Virus record (IMG/VR): IMGVR_UViG_3300033076_001181
Location: 1 to 64,000 of that record
DNA from: a virus
Lineage: Duplodnaviria; Caudoviricetes
Length of the DNA stretch: 64,000 bases
Reading direction: 5' to 3' (one strand)
Shown here: one piece after another, positions 17,446-26,281 of the stretch
Position numbering within the stretch: position 1 is the stretch's first letter
How the letters are laid out: each line of letters starts with the position of its first letter
Position numbers and translations under genes: made by a program
Notes under the pieces: generated by a model
Databases searched by the model: none
The model's input: the letters and a program-made list of their open reading frames with translations, nothing else
What the model was told of the DNA's origin: nothing

Positions 17446-17975
17446 ATTATTTGATCTATTACTTTATATTCTAAAGCATCATTAGCATCAAAATACCAAT
17501 CATACTTCCCTCTTTTAACCTTATCTAATTGTTTTTTAGTGAGTGATGTTTTACTAAAAATATAATCATCATACATATCTAAAATACGTTCTGTCTCCTC
17601 TAAATTCTCTTTTAATGTAGTTACCTTTTCATAGTCCCCAAACACACTTAAACATTCATGGTACATAAATGAAGTTAATTTGTGAGCAAATCGTTTATGA
17701 CCTGATAATAAAATAGGTAGAGCCATTGACATAATAGCGCCGTAACCGCAAGTATAAACTGGGGTAATTGATGATTCAATAGCTCCTATGATTGCAAAAC
17801 CATCATACATTGAACCACCTAAACTGTTAATTTTTAGTTGGATTGGAACTCGATCTTCAACTGGTCCATGATCATCCTCATTAATGTCATTTATATGTTG
17901 AATGATGTTTTGAGCTGACTCTTCATTTATCTCTCCACTAAGAACTAAGTTCCGGTATACTCTCTTCTTGTTCAT
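17442..17975 (-). CDS. clpP: ClpP-like protease
   Basis: LSGEINEESA, INSLGGSMYDG, MSMA (Ser), MYHE (His), A.DALEYKVIDQI; start moved to MNKKRVY. Confidence 0.85.
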   Translation of the reverse strand: MNKKRVYRNLVLSGEINEESAQNIIQHINDINEDDHGPVEDRVPIQLKINSLGGSMYDGFAIIGAIESSITPVYTCGYGAIMSMALPILLSGHKRFAHKLTSFMYHECLSVFGDYEKVTTLKENLEETERILDMYDDYIFSKTSLTKKQLDKVKRGKYDWYFDANDALEYKVIDQII

Positions 17976-18180
17976 AAATTTCCTCCCATTCGGGTTCTTT
18001 AATTGTTTCACATAACAGAAAATGAGACTCAGTTTTTAAAACATGATCCGCATCTAATCCTTCCTTCCATAAATGAAGTAAATCTCTTTTCAATTCACCT
18101 TCCTTACTAAAAAAATAACTTGCAGGAATAGCTCTTAAAACAACATACACTTCACCATTGTAAAAATATAACTGTTTCAT
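17938..18180 (-). CDS. hypothetical protein
   Basis: 80-aa ORF in coupled run. Confidence 0.55.
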   Translation of the reverse strand: MKQLYFYNGEVYVVLRAIPASYFFSKEGELKRDLLHLWKEGLDADHVLKTESHFLLCETIKEPEWEEIYEQEESIPELSS

Positions 18181-18329
18181 TTTTTAATTGAAATATAATC
18201 TCCTCTATACCATCCAAACACTTCATCATCAAATTCAATTCTACGTTCAAATTGATCTAAATCAACTTCCATTTCATGATGATCACTTTCATTTGGAAAC
18301 CGTACCCATAACTTTTTACTCTTCGCCAT
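18177..18329 (-). CDS. small hypothetical protein, 50 aa
   Basis: MAKSKKLWVRFPNE...; ATGA overlap with downstream gene. Confidence 0.5.
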   Translation of the reverse strand: MAKSKKLWVRFPNESDHHEMEVDLDQFERRIEFDDEVFGWYRGDYISIKK

Positions 18330-18447
18330 ATTTGAATTTTTCTCGTTTGTATGTTTTAGCAGATGGTTTGCATCTTTGTATCATTTTTCTTCTAATGATT
18401 TGAGCTACATGGCGCTCACTTAATCCGTTTAATGTTTTCTTTTCCAT
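18316..18447 (-). CDS. small basic protein, 43 aa
   Basis: MEKKTLNGLSERHVAQIIRRKMIQR...; first ORF after promoter at 18466. Confidence 0.5.
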   Translation of the reverse strand: MEKKTLNGLSERHVAQIIRRKMIQRCKPSAKTYKREKFKYGEE

Positions 18448-18465
18448 TGTGTTATTAATTATATA

Positions 18466-18497
18466 TAAATATAATATCTAACTCATGGAGAGCCAAA
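18466..18497 (-). promoter_or_regulatory. early promoter
   Basis: TTTG-N20-TATATTTA, intergenic. Confidence 0.75.
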
Positions 18498-18499
18498 CA

Positions 18500-18670
18500 T
18501 TATCTATTAAACTTTAATCTAAAATGAGCCATTTCATAAAAATCAATTGAGCGTTTTGATCTATCTTGATTCTTATATTGATACTCTTCAACTAACCCCA
18601 TTAATTCATGATAAGTTCCAGCTTGATGTGCTTGATATAAAATTTCTTCAATTCTTTCTTCGTTACTCAT
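18500..18670 (-). CDS. small hypothetical protein, 56 aa
   Basis: MSNEERIEEILYQAH...; fills gap between 18663 gene and promoter. Confidence 0.5.
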   Translation of the reverse strand: MSNEERIEEILYQAHQAGTYHELMGLVEEYQYKNQDRSKRSIDFYEMAHFRLKFNR

Positions 18671-18878
18671 TATAATTAATTAATTTTGATTTAAAGTGTA
18701 TTAATGTATTAAAGTGACGTAAATAATGCCTCAATGTTTTAATATTTATTTTTTTCACTTTCCAATAGTCAATAAAGTTTTTTACTATTTGTCTAGCTGA
18801 TTCTATATGCTCAGGTGTAGTACAAGAATGAATTGTCTTGTTTATTTTAGAGATATGTTGATCAAATAGCTTGAGCAT
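18663..18878 (-). CDS. hypothetical protein
   Basis: 71-aa ORF in run. Confidence 0.5.
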   Translation of the reverse strand: MLKLFDQHISKINKTIHSCTTPEHIESARQIVKNFIDYWKVKKINIKTLRHYLRHFNTLIHFKSKLINYNE

Positions 18879-18891
18879 GTATATACATACT

Positions 18892-19233
18892 CTACTTTCC
18901 TAACTGTTTCCTAACTCTTTCATCTTCTAGGAAATGCATTTCACCAGGTCGCAATTGTGGTTTAGGTTTTATATCATTTAGGTAAACATATCCTTTTTTA
19001 GTTTTATCTTTTAACCTCTTATTTGACTCATAATAATAAACTGGTCCATGATATTCCTTATATTCACCTTTACCTTCTTCATTAAGATATAAAATACGTC
19101 TTGGACCATTATAACTCCTAAAACGATTGCAAGTCACTCTAATCCAAAATCCATCTTCATAACCAATCTCAGTTGATAATTGAGTTGGAAAGTCATAAAC
19201 TAATTTTTCTGTTTGTCCTCTTTTTTCAGCCAT
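18892..19233 (-). CDS. hypothetical protein
   Basis: 113 aa; RVTCNRFRSYNGPRRI...EYHGPVY motif. Confidence 0.6.
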   Translation of the reverse strand: MAEKRGQTEKLVYDFPTQLSTEIGYEDGFWIRVTCNRFRSYNGPRRILYLNEEGKGEYKEYHGPVYYYESNKRLKDKTKKGYVYLNDIKPKPQLRPGEMHFLEDERVRKQLGK

Positions 19234-19234
19234 A

Positions 19235-19573
19235 TTATTTCCAAAATAGTTGTACTAATAAAATTAAAACACTTAAACCTAAACAAATTGCTGTTTTAGT
19301 ATTAATTGGTTCATTAAACCAAAGCATTGACATAAATGTAAAAACAATTGTCCCAACTGCAAAACCTATTAGGCGAGAAGGCCAAAGTTGTCCTTCAAAA
19401 TGAGTCACCATATGTTGAACTGATGCCATGAACAAGTATGAAATAGGTAAACCTAATAATACCATCCACCATGGATTTTCTTTCATCCAATCAAACTTCC
19501 ATCTGCCTTGCAGTTGGACAAATGTTAAAAACTGAGCTATTATTCCTAATAGCATTCCTATAATTAAATTCAT
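19235..19573 (-). CDS. small 4-TM membrane protein, SMR/DMT-like
   Basis: four hydrophobic helices; WFNEPINTKTAICLGL resembles SMR/EamA loop. Confidence 0.6.
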   Translation of the reverse strand: MNLIIGMLLGIIAQFLTFVQLQGRWKFDWMKENPWWMVLLGLPISYLFMASVQHMVTHFEGQLWPSRLIGFAVGTIVFTFMSMLWFNEPINTKTAICLGLSVLILLVQLFWK

Positions 19574-19797
19574 ATATAATCTTTCATTACTTGACAGTCT
19601 GCGATTCTACAGATATGTACAAATTGTTCTTCATAACCTAATACTTTAGCCTCATCAAAATCATCTGAGAATGCTACTCTTCTTCCTCCATCTAATAACC
19701 CAACCCATACCTGTAATTTATCATTCAGGACAATGTATGGTTTGTAATCAGGGTCAATTAGAGGTTGTTTTTTCTTTTTCTTAGATGTAGGAGTCAT
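19570..19797 (-). CDS. hypothetical protein
   Basis: 75-aa ORF in run. Confidence 0.55.
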   Translation of the reverse strand: MTPTSKKKKKQPLIDPDYKPYIVLNDKLQVWVGLLDGGRRVAFSDDFDEAKVLGYEEQFVHICRIADCQVMKDYI

Positions 19798-20014
19798 AAG
19801 CTGGTATTACATTTAGGTCTTCCAACTTAACCCATACTCTCATTTTCCATAAGTCAAGAGTATGACCATCTAATTTTTCAGTTTCTTTCTCAGTTTCAAG
19901 AGCTAAAATCAATAGACACTCATCCAGTTTCTCAACTGCTTCATTAACTTGTTTTGATTTAATGAGTTGAAGTGCTTGCTTCCATGTGTTAGTAATCTTT
20001 CCTACTTTCTTCAT
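19781..20014 (-). CDS. hypothetical helical protein
   Basis: 77-aa ORF in run. Confidence 0.55.
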   Translation of the reverse strand: MKKVGKITNTWKQALQLIKSKQVNEAVEKLDECLLILALETEKETEKLDGHTLDLWKMRVWVKLEDLNVIPAYDSYI

Positions 20015-20019
20015 AACCT

Positions 20020-20322
20020 TTATTTATTTACTTGTTTAATATGTTTACAAACGCGATCTTTTGATCTCCAATAACCTTGACAATTACAAATCCATTTAAC
20101 ACCTACTTTCTGAACTTGGTAAAATCCCTTACCATCAGAACTAGGCACTTCAAATATATTAGGATCTGGTTTTGGTAATGCAATATCCTTTTCCCAAGTC
20201 ACTTGATCCAATGTTGTACCAATTGGTACTTCAATCCATGCTGGAACTATATAACTTTTGTTAGGAAAATTCGCTATTGCTGGGGCAAATGGTGACTTAA
20301 CATGATACATTTGTTTTTCCAT
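20020..20322 (-). CDS. SWIM-type zinc finger protein
   Basis: CNCQGY...CKH; start moved to MEKQMY, downstream of promoter. Confidence 0.7.
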   Translation of the reverse strand: MEKQMYHVKSPFAPAIANFPNKSYIVPAWIEVPIGTTLDQVTWEKDIALPKPDPNIFEVPSSDGKGFYQVQKVGVKWICNCQGYWRSKDRVCKHIKQVNK

Positions 20323-20337
20323 AATCTTAATTATGGC

Positions 20338-20369
20338 TAAATATAACAAATAAGAAACAAAAAGCCAAA
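20338..20369 (-). promoter_or_regulatory. early promoter
   Basis: TTTG-N20-TATATTTA. Confidence 0.75.
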
Positions 20370-20373
20370 CTTC

Positions 20374-20622
20374 TTATGAGGGAAGTTTGACTTGTTTTGT
20401 CCTTTCTAGTTGAAGTTGTTTATCTAGAGTTAAGAGTATACATAAATCCTCTAATCCACTCCAGTTCAACTCAGCTAATAATACTAGGTATTCATCAGGT
20501 ATACTTTCAAAGTATTCCCAAATATTATCCTTCATGCTCATCTTCATAACGTAACGCTGGGTGGTTCGCTGTTCTGATGAATTTTTCTTTTTTAACTGGG
20601 CGTTGTTTCTTTTTACGACCAT
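20374..20622 (-). CDS. hypothetical protein (start uncertain)
   Basis: C-terminal half WEYFESIPDEYL...LCILLTLD looks coding. Confidence 0.45.
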   Translation of the reverse strand: MVVKRNNAQLKKKNSSEQRTTQRYVMKMSMKDNIWEYFESIPDEYLVLLAELNWSGLEDLCILLTLDKQLQLERTKQVKLPS

Positions 20623-20690
20623 TTTCAGCTGCTAGAATATAATCTTTTAAGCTGTTGTAATTTTGTAATACACTGTTTTTACTCATAACT

Positions 20691-20834
20691 TTAACCTTGT
20701 CCTCGATTTACTTTTTTATATAACTTACTTGATTTTAATTTGCTGTATTTGCATTTTGAGTGAATACCAGGGCGTTTTTTTCTTGGTTTTTTAATAAACG
20801 CCTTTGTCGTGTTTGTTTTTGCTTTTGCTGCCAT
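20691..20834 (-). CDS. small very basic protein ending in RGQG, 47 aa
   Basis: MAAKAKTNTTKAFIKKPRKKRPGIHSKCKYSKLKSSKLYKKVNRGQG. Confidence 0.6.
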   Translation of the reverse strand: MAAKAKTNTTKAFIKKPRKKRPGIHSKCKYSKLKSSKLYKKVNRGQG

Positions 20835-21144
20835 GTGTGTTTTCTTTTTCTTTTAGTGTGTTTATTGCTTCTACTATTTTAGAACATTCTTCATATAACT
20901 CTTGTTCCACATAGTACTTTAGGTTCTCTTGTAATGTCTCAGCGAAGTATTTTCTATCCAAAGTAATATCAAATGTTGATTGTTCTTCTAAACAATTAAC
21001 TGATAATACATGAACATGTTTTTTACGACCATTCAAATTAGATAAAATAGCTTCTACAACTGCTTTGGCAATTGTGAAATCTTTTCTTTCAATCATTTCT
21101 TGAAATTCTTCACTATTGTTTAAGTTGATTTCTGTTGCCATCAT
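20791..21144 (-). CDS. hypothetical protein with UvrB/UvrC-like helical motif
   Basis: LKYYVEQELYEECSKIVEAI. Confidence 0.55.
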   Translation of the reverse strand: MMATEINLNNSEEFQEMIERKDFTIAKAVVEAILSNLNGRKKHVHVLSVNCLEEQSTFDITLDRKYFAETLQENLKYYVEQELYEECSKIVEAINTLKEKENTHGSKSKNKHDKGVY

Positions 21145-21302
21145 TAAAATAAATTTAAAAATTTTGGGTCAATTTCTTTACCCTTTAATTTACTCATCTT
21201 CTCATCATTAGCCAACATTTTTGTAGCTAATTTATCAAGATGTTTTGACTTGATAATATCATAGTCATTAATTACTTCTTGATGTTTCTTACTCCTCTTC
21301 AT
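21144..21302 (-). CDS. small hypothetical protein, 52 aa
   Basis: MKRSKKHQEVINDYDIIKSKHLDKLATKML...; ATATTTAT at 21311-21318. Confidence 0.5.
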   Translation of the reverse strand: MKRSKKHQEVINDYDIIKSKHLDKLATKMLANDEKMSKLKGKEIDPKFLNLF

Positions 21303-21321
21303 TTTTGTTTATAAATATTGT

Positions 21322-21963
21322 CTAAAGTCTACTAATAAATTCTGAACCGTCATTTTTAGGTTCTGGTTTGTCTAATCCTAACTCAATCAATCTCTGTTTA
21401 GTGTAGTCATCTAATTCCCAATCAACTTGACTGTTATAAGTTGGTTTATGATCTTCTAATCCCTCAATTTGTTTGTCTCCAAACACATCTCCAATCATTA
21501 AAAAGTAACAATTGTAACATAACATCTCAATATTACCAGGTCCATAATGTTGTTTATTACCATCCTTGAAGTTCATGATAAGTGGGATTTTATAATCAGA
21601 AACTCGCCTTTCATGGAAGCCGCAATTAGCACATTCTTCCTTTAAGTAACCCTCTGTTATCAACCTATACTTCAACTTTTGTGGGTTGAAATGAGAGGCA
21701 TCTACTCTACCTTCAATTACATCTAGTATGGCTGGTTCTTTTTTGTTATGGTGAGATACTGATAAGAATTTAGGAATACCTTTACCTGACTGATTTTTAT
21801 GTAAGTCAAATAAAGATACTCCATTTTCATCCTTATACATCTTCATATACATCTTCAGATGTACATAAGAGCAATTTAAATACCTAGCCGCCGCACGAAC
21901 AGACCTTGTTTTGTCCATCGCACTCAAAATCATTTCTTTTGTTAGCGGTTTTGCTTTAGCCAT
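21322..21963 (-). CDS. HTH + degenerate HNH/zinc-binding protein
   Basis: N-terminal SVRAAARYLNCSY helix-turn-helix; CANCG...FKDGN...NIEMLCYNCY. Confidence 0.65.
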   Translation of the reverse strand: MAKAKPLTKEMILSAMDKTRSVRAAARYLNCSYVHLKMYMKMYKDENGVSLFDLHKNQSGKGIPKFLSVSHHNKKEPAILDVIEGRVDASHFNPQKLKYRLITEGYLKEECANCGFHERRVSDYKIPLIMNFKDGNKQHYGPGNIEMLCYNCYFLMIGDVFGDKQIEGLEDHKPTYNSQVDWELDDYTKQRLIELGLDKPEPKNDGSEFISRL

Positions 21964-22328
21964 TAGTCCTCGTCTTCAGTGTAATCTTCTTCTTCAATAT
22001 CATCATTTTCCTCATCCCAATCATTCTCATCATCCAAACCATCATTTAATGTTTCATCCCATTCATCAATAAAAGCTACACTATCTAAAACAGTTGGTAT
22101 TGGATCTGGTTTTGCTTTTTTACCTGTTTCTAACTCAACCATTTTATCATAATCAGCTCTATCTACAGCATATGTTTCAATCCATGTATGATCACCTTCT
22201 CCCATTTGTACTGTCACTGCTACTTTTTTCTCAGCGGTTGAATGTTGGGTACATGTTTGTGTATGAGGTAAAATTGCAATTCGTCTTGGATCAATTTCTA
22301 CTCCACATGTAATACATTGTCTACTCAT
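21963..22328 (-). CDS. DksA/TraR-type zinc-finger protein with acidic tail
   Basis: CITCGVEIDPRRIAILPHTQTCTQH matches CxxCGxxIxxxRxxxxPxxxxCxxC/H. Confidence 0.7.
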   Translation of the reverse strand: MSRQCITCGVEIDPRRIAILPHTQTCTQHSTAEKKVAVTVQMGEGDHTWIETYAVDRADYDKMVELETGKKAKPDPIPTVLDSVAFIDEWDETLNDGLDDENDWDEENDDIEEEDYTEDED

Positions 22329-22711
22329 TTCTCTTTACTATTTGATTTATTTATTTTCTCTATTAAGTTCCAAAGGTCTGTTGGTGATTTAAGAAGGAAT
22401 CGTTTCTTTTCCTTACCAGGAAATGTTACATCTAACCCCAATAACTTCCCATCAGCATCAAATCTATCATATACATACCATAATATTAGATTAGCTATGT
22501 CTTCAGAATATTTCATGAATATTAGATTCTCAATTACTTTATAGTAATTTTCTTCATAATTCCATAAATCGATTTTTACCTCTTCATGTAGGAAATTTGT
22601 TTTCAACCAGCAGTGTTCTAATAGAACTATAGTCTCAATGAATGTTTCTTTTTCATTAGACTGGCGATCACGTTTAGCGATCTTTAGTTTACCAAAATTA
22701 TCTAAACTCAT
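22325..22711 (-). CDS. hypothetical protein
   Basis: 128-aa ORF in run. Confidence 0.6.
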   Translation of the reverse strand: MSLDNFGKLKIAKRDRQSNEKETFIETIVLLEHCWLKTNFLHEEVKIDLWNYEENYYKVIENLIFMKYSEDIANLILWYVYDRFDADGKLLGLDVTFPGKEKKRFLLKSPTDLWNLIEKINKSNSKEK

Positions 22712-22881
22712 TTTTTAATACCTACTGAATAAAGTTTTAGAAATTCTTCTATGTTTAATGATTTCATTGAGGCAAAGTGAGTCACAGCTATACCTATAGT
22801 ACCGGCAGTACATGTCCCAATTGGTTCTCTAAACGCATCATTGTTAGCGTAGAAATAGTAATCTTTATATTCGTAATCCAT
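22708..22881 (-). CDS. small hypothetical protein, 57 aa
   Basis: MDYEYKDYYFYANND...; first ORF after promoter, ATGA overlap downstream. Confidence 0.5.
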   Translation of the reverse strand: MDYEYKDYYFYANNDAFREPIGTCTAGTIGIAVTHFASMKSLNIEEFLKLYSVGIKK

Positions 22882-22897
22882 AACCTTTTATTTGAAC

Positions 22898-22929
22898 TAA
22901 ATATAATAAAGAAAATTTAATAAGCCAAA
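22898..22929 (-). promoter_or_regulatory. early promoter
   Basis: TTTG-N20-TATATTTA. Confidence 0.75.
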
Positions 22930-23844
22930 CTATATTTTAATAAGAGTGTTTTGATATTCATCCATTGAATTAATAGTGATTTTTAAATTACCTAATTCAA
23001 ATGAACCTATTTCTCCATTTTCTTTAATGATATCATTTAGCTGTTGAATAATTTGGAAATCATCTTGAGTGAATAAATTTCCATTTATCTCAACAATTAT
23101 GTTATCTCCTCCATCAAACCATGGTTCTAGAATTTGATCTAATTGAGGATTAGAGTTATTTATTTTAATAGATTTTTTATAAACAACATTATGTATAGAG
23201 TTTCTAAAACCCCATTTTTTAACAAAATTTATATTTGATTGTTGTTCTATAACTTGATAATCTGTTGTAGTACGAGATGTTTTACTTACAAAGTGATATA
23301 CATGAGCTGAGCTTACTTTATGTTCGAAACCAGCTAATTTATATCTTAGATGTAAATCATCATCCTCACAGAACATTTTAAAAGTGTATCCATCTATTCC
23401 TATATAATCTTCTTTCATACATCCAAAGAATAATTGTGAACCTCCATCAATTAATTCTTCTTCAATATTAAATTCATTAAATCTTTTACTATTAAAATTA
23501 TTAATATCACTTCCACAATCTAATAAAACTTTACCTGGGTATGTATCAGGAAAAATAGGTGGTTCTACTCTAGTGTATGTAGTTATTCTATTTTTAGCAA
23601 TATGTTTATCCATGGTTTCAATAAATCCAGGTTTAATAACCATATCATTATGAAGTAAAATAATTTTTTCACCATTAGCTTTAGCTACAGCATTATTATA
23701 ATTTATTCCTAAAGTTACATTATCGTTTTCTTCAACAATTATTTCAATTTCATTTTCATTAGGATAAATTTCTCTAATATTATTTATAATATTTTGGGTA
23801 TAATTTTTATTTTTTGTTGTTGTGGGTATTACTAATGATATCAT
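22930..23844 (-). CDS. glycosyltransferase family 2
   Basis: ISLVIPT, NYNNAVAKANGEKIILLHNDM, CEDDDL, VYHFVSKT. Confidence 0.88.
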   Translation of the reverse strand: MISLVIPTTTKNKNYTQNIINNIREIYPNENEIEIIVEENDNVTLGINYNNAVAKANGEKIILLHNDMVIKPGFIETMDKHIAKNRITTYTRVEPPIFPDTYPGKVLLDCGSDINNFNSKRFNEFNIEEELIDGGSQLFFGCMKEDYIGIDGYTFKMFCEDDDLHLRYKLAGFEHKVSSAHVYHFVSKTSRTTTDYQVIEQQSNINFVKKWGFRNSIHNVVYKKSIKINNSNPQLDQILEPWFDGGDNIIVEINGNLFTQDDFQIIQQLNDIIKENGEIGSFELGNLKITINSMDEYQNTLIKI

Positions 23845-23856
23845 TTTTATTTTATT

Positions 23857-24540
23857 TTAATATTCATACTGGTTTTTATCTGAGTGTAATTCAATTAAAT
23901 CAAGATTATTTTTTAACCATTTTACCTTAATATTATTTTTTAGACAATCATTCATAAAAAAATTAATATTGTTTTCTATAAATGTATTATAATCTAATTT
24001 AAATTTCAAATTAGAATTAGAAAAATAATTATAAACTATAAGTGATTCTGGGGGTATTTGTAAATTTTGTTCTATTTGGAAATTAAAACATTGTATCATA
24101 TTTTCTATATTTCCATATAAAAATAAATCAACTGGGAAATCAAAGCTAGTATGTGTATATTCTAATTCATAGTATAATGGTCTAACATTAGGTTTACATA
24201 TAGCTAAAAATGTTAATGGTTTTTGTTTTAAAATATTTAATAATAAATGAATGTCATTTGGTTTTAAATCACTTCTAATTTTTAATACCTCAGTAACATT
24301 TTTAGATTTTAAATACTCTAAACCAATATATGTACTTAATGCTTGATAATTAACATTTAAATATCCTGCGAATAAAGGTTTAGAAGATTGAATTACATCT
24401 ATATTTTTAGATTTTATATACTTTATATTTTCTTGAGGTTCATCATCCCAAGTTGAAAATACAACATTAGGTATATCTATGTAGCAATCTATTATTTCTC
24501 TACAATAGTTAGTTGGGCCTTGTATAACTATACCTTGCAT
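23857..24540 (-). CDS. WavE-like polysaccharide synthesis protein
   Basis: GIVIQGP, VVFSTW, NYQALSTYIGL, VLKIRSD, DLFLYG. Confidence 0.7.
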   Translation of the reverse strand: MQGIVIQGPTNYCREIIDCYIDIPNVVFSTWDDEPQENIKYIKSKNIDVIQSSKPLFAGYLNVNYQALSTYIGLEYLKSKNVTEVLKIRSDLKPNDIHLLLNILKQKPLTFLAICKPNVRPLYYELEYTHTSFDFPVDLFLYGNIENMIQCFNFQIEQNLQIPPESLIVYNYFSNSNLKFKLDYNTFIENNINFFMNDCLKNNIKVKWLKNNLDLIELHSDKNQYEY

Positions 24541-24546
24541 ATACTG

Positions 24547-25419
24547 TTATTTAAAGATATTATATAAAAATTCATTCATAGCGTGAGTATTTTTTTGTTC
24601 TAAAATTTTATATAAACTATCATTTCTAGTTGAAATTGTATTAGTTCTTTTTAATGGATGGAGATAATTATGTCCTTTTATTATATTAGAAATTAAATAT
24701 TGAGGTATATTTTTTAATTGGAAAAATTGTTGAGCACAGTAATCTTCTCTAACAAAATTCATTTCTGGGGAGATGAATGGAGTGGGGAGATTTTTAGATA
24801 AAGCTAATAAACTTCCATCTATTTTAACAATTGGAAGTTTTTTAATATTGATTTCCCCTCCAGATGAGTTAAATTCATTTAATTTATCTTGGGTTATAGT
24901 ATCAAAATATCTAAAAGGAAAATATTCTTTCATAAATGATGGGTTATTCATGTCAACTTCTTCCCAAGATTTAAAATTTTCATGTTCTACTATATTCCAT
25001 GTTTTATCCCAACATTTTCTAGAAGATAAACTTAATATATGAGGTTCATCAATATTAAGATTAGATAATATATAAAAATATTCTTCTGGGATTAGACAAT
25101 CACTTTCACCCCAAATATTGTATTTAAAATCATTTGAATATATTTCTCTTCTCCAATCACCTATATTATAAAAAGGATCATTATCTGTTTTATAAATAAT
25201 CTCCGCATCATTTAATACAGGATGATTTATAAATTCGTTAAACATATCCTTAGATTCACCTATAATAGGTTTTTCTATATACGTTTGAGAATTTAAACAA
25301 AATTTTAATTTTACTGGGAGTGATGAAAATTGAATAGCATTTTGGAGTGAGTCTAATGTTTCGTTTAACATTTTAGACTCATACCACATTATATGATGTT
25401 GGTATAGAATTTTATCCAT
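24547..25419 (-). CDS. glycosyltransferase-like hypothetical protein
   Basis: WGESDCL DxD-like motif, REDY, GHNY..P; located inside glycosylation island. Confidence 0.45.
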   Translation of the reverse strand: MDKILYQHHIMWYESKMLNETLDSLQNAIQFSSLPVKLKFCLNSQTYIEKPIIGESKDMFNEFINHPVLNDAEIIYKTDNDPFYNIGDWRREIYSNDFKYNIWGESDCLIPEEYFYILSNLNIDEPHILSLSSRKCWDKTWNIVEHENFKSWEEVDMNNPSFMKEYFPFRYFDTITQDKLNEFNSSGGEINIKKLPIVKIDGSLLALSKNLPTPFISPEMNFVREDYCAQQFFQLKNIPQYLISNIIKGHNYLHPLKRTNTISTRNDSLYKILEQKNTHAMNEFLYNIFK

Positions 25420-26281
25420 ATTGAGTTATATTATCTATTTCTATTGAATTATGTTCTATTTGATTGGTTCCTTGTTTATTAACATATGGTACCATATCTT
25501 CAACTCTTATTATATTAAAATGAGATTTTACTATATTTATAGAATTGTTTGGATCAGGGAATATACCCATAGATAATAAAAAAGAAGTTCCAATAACCAT
25601 CTCAGGTACTATTCCTATATACCCCCCAGGCAAATACTGAGGAGATCCTATTTCTGGAGGATTCGGATATGAGGTATATAATGTTCTTGAAGAAGAATTA
25701 TATGAATATAGTTGAATAATTTTTAAAAGTTCCTCTTTAGATATAATATTTTCTTCTTCAGTAAACATATATGCTCCTGAGATTAAAGGAATTTGATGAT
25801 TTTGGAGTCTATATAACGTTAATTTAAAAGTATCTAATATGTTTTTAGTTAATCCACCTATTACTTTATCACTAGGGTGAAATTTATATAGATAGTCTGG
25901 TCTAAAATGTAAGTTAACACAATTATATTTATCAGGATTATTAATTACTTCATTGAAAAAAGGTGATAAATTTCCAAACCATTGATCTGTTCTAAGTTTA
26001 ATCACATATTTAGTGTTTACTTTTTCTAATCCTTTTAATGTAGTATATGTTTGATAATATATGTTTTGATTATTATATTCTTTAAAACAAATATGAAATT
26101 TATTTTCTATTAATGTAAAATTTTTATCTTTTAAATATTCTAATAGTTCTTTATCATCAGTATCCCAATAAGAAATAATAATATTATCAGTATATGTTGT
26201 ATAATTATTTAATAGACCATAGATAAAGTTTTTGTGAAGAGGACCTTGAAATACTAAAGTGAAGTCATTATAAGGTTTCAT
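25412..26281 (-). CDS. WavE-like polysaccharide synthesis protein
   Basis: LVFQGP, IIISYW, NIYYQTYTTLKGL, VIKLRTD, SDKVIGG. Confidence 0.7.
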   Translation of the reverse strand: MKPYNDFTLVFQGPLHKNFIYGLLNNYTTYTDNIIISYWDTDDKELLEYLKDKNFTLIENKFHICFKEYNNQNIYYQTYTTLKGLEKVNTKYVIKLRTDQWFGNLSPFFNEVINNPDKYNCVNLHFRPDYLYKFHPSDKVIGGLTKNILDTFKLTLYRLQNHQIPLISGAYMFTEEENIISKEELLKIIQLYSYNSSSRTLYTSYPNPPEIGSPQYLPGGYIGIVPEMVIGTSFLLSMGIFPDPNNSINIVKSHFNIIRVEDMVPYVNKQGTNQIEHNSIEIDNITQYG

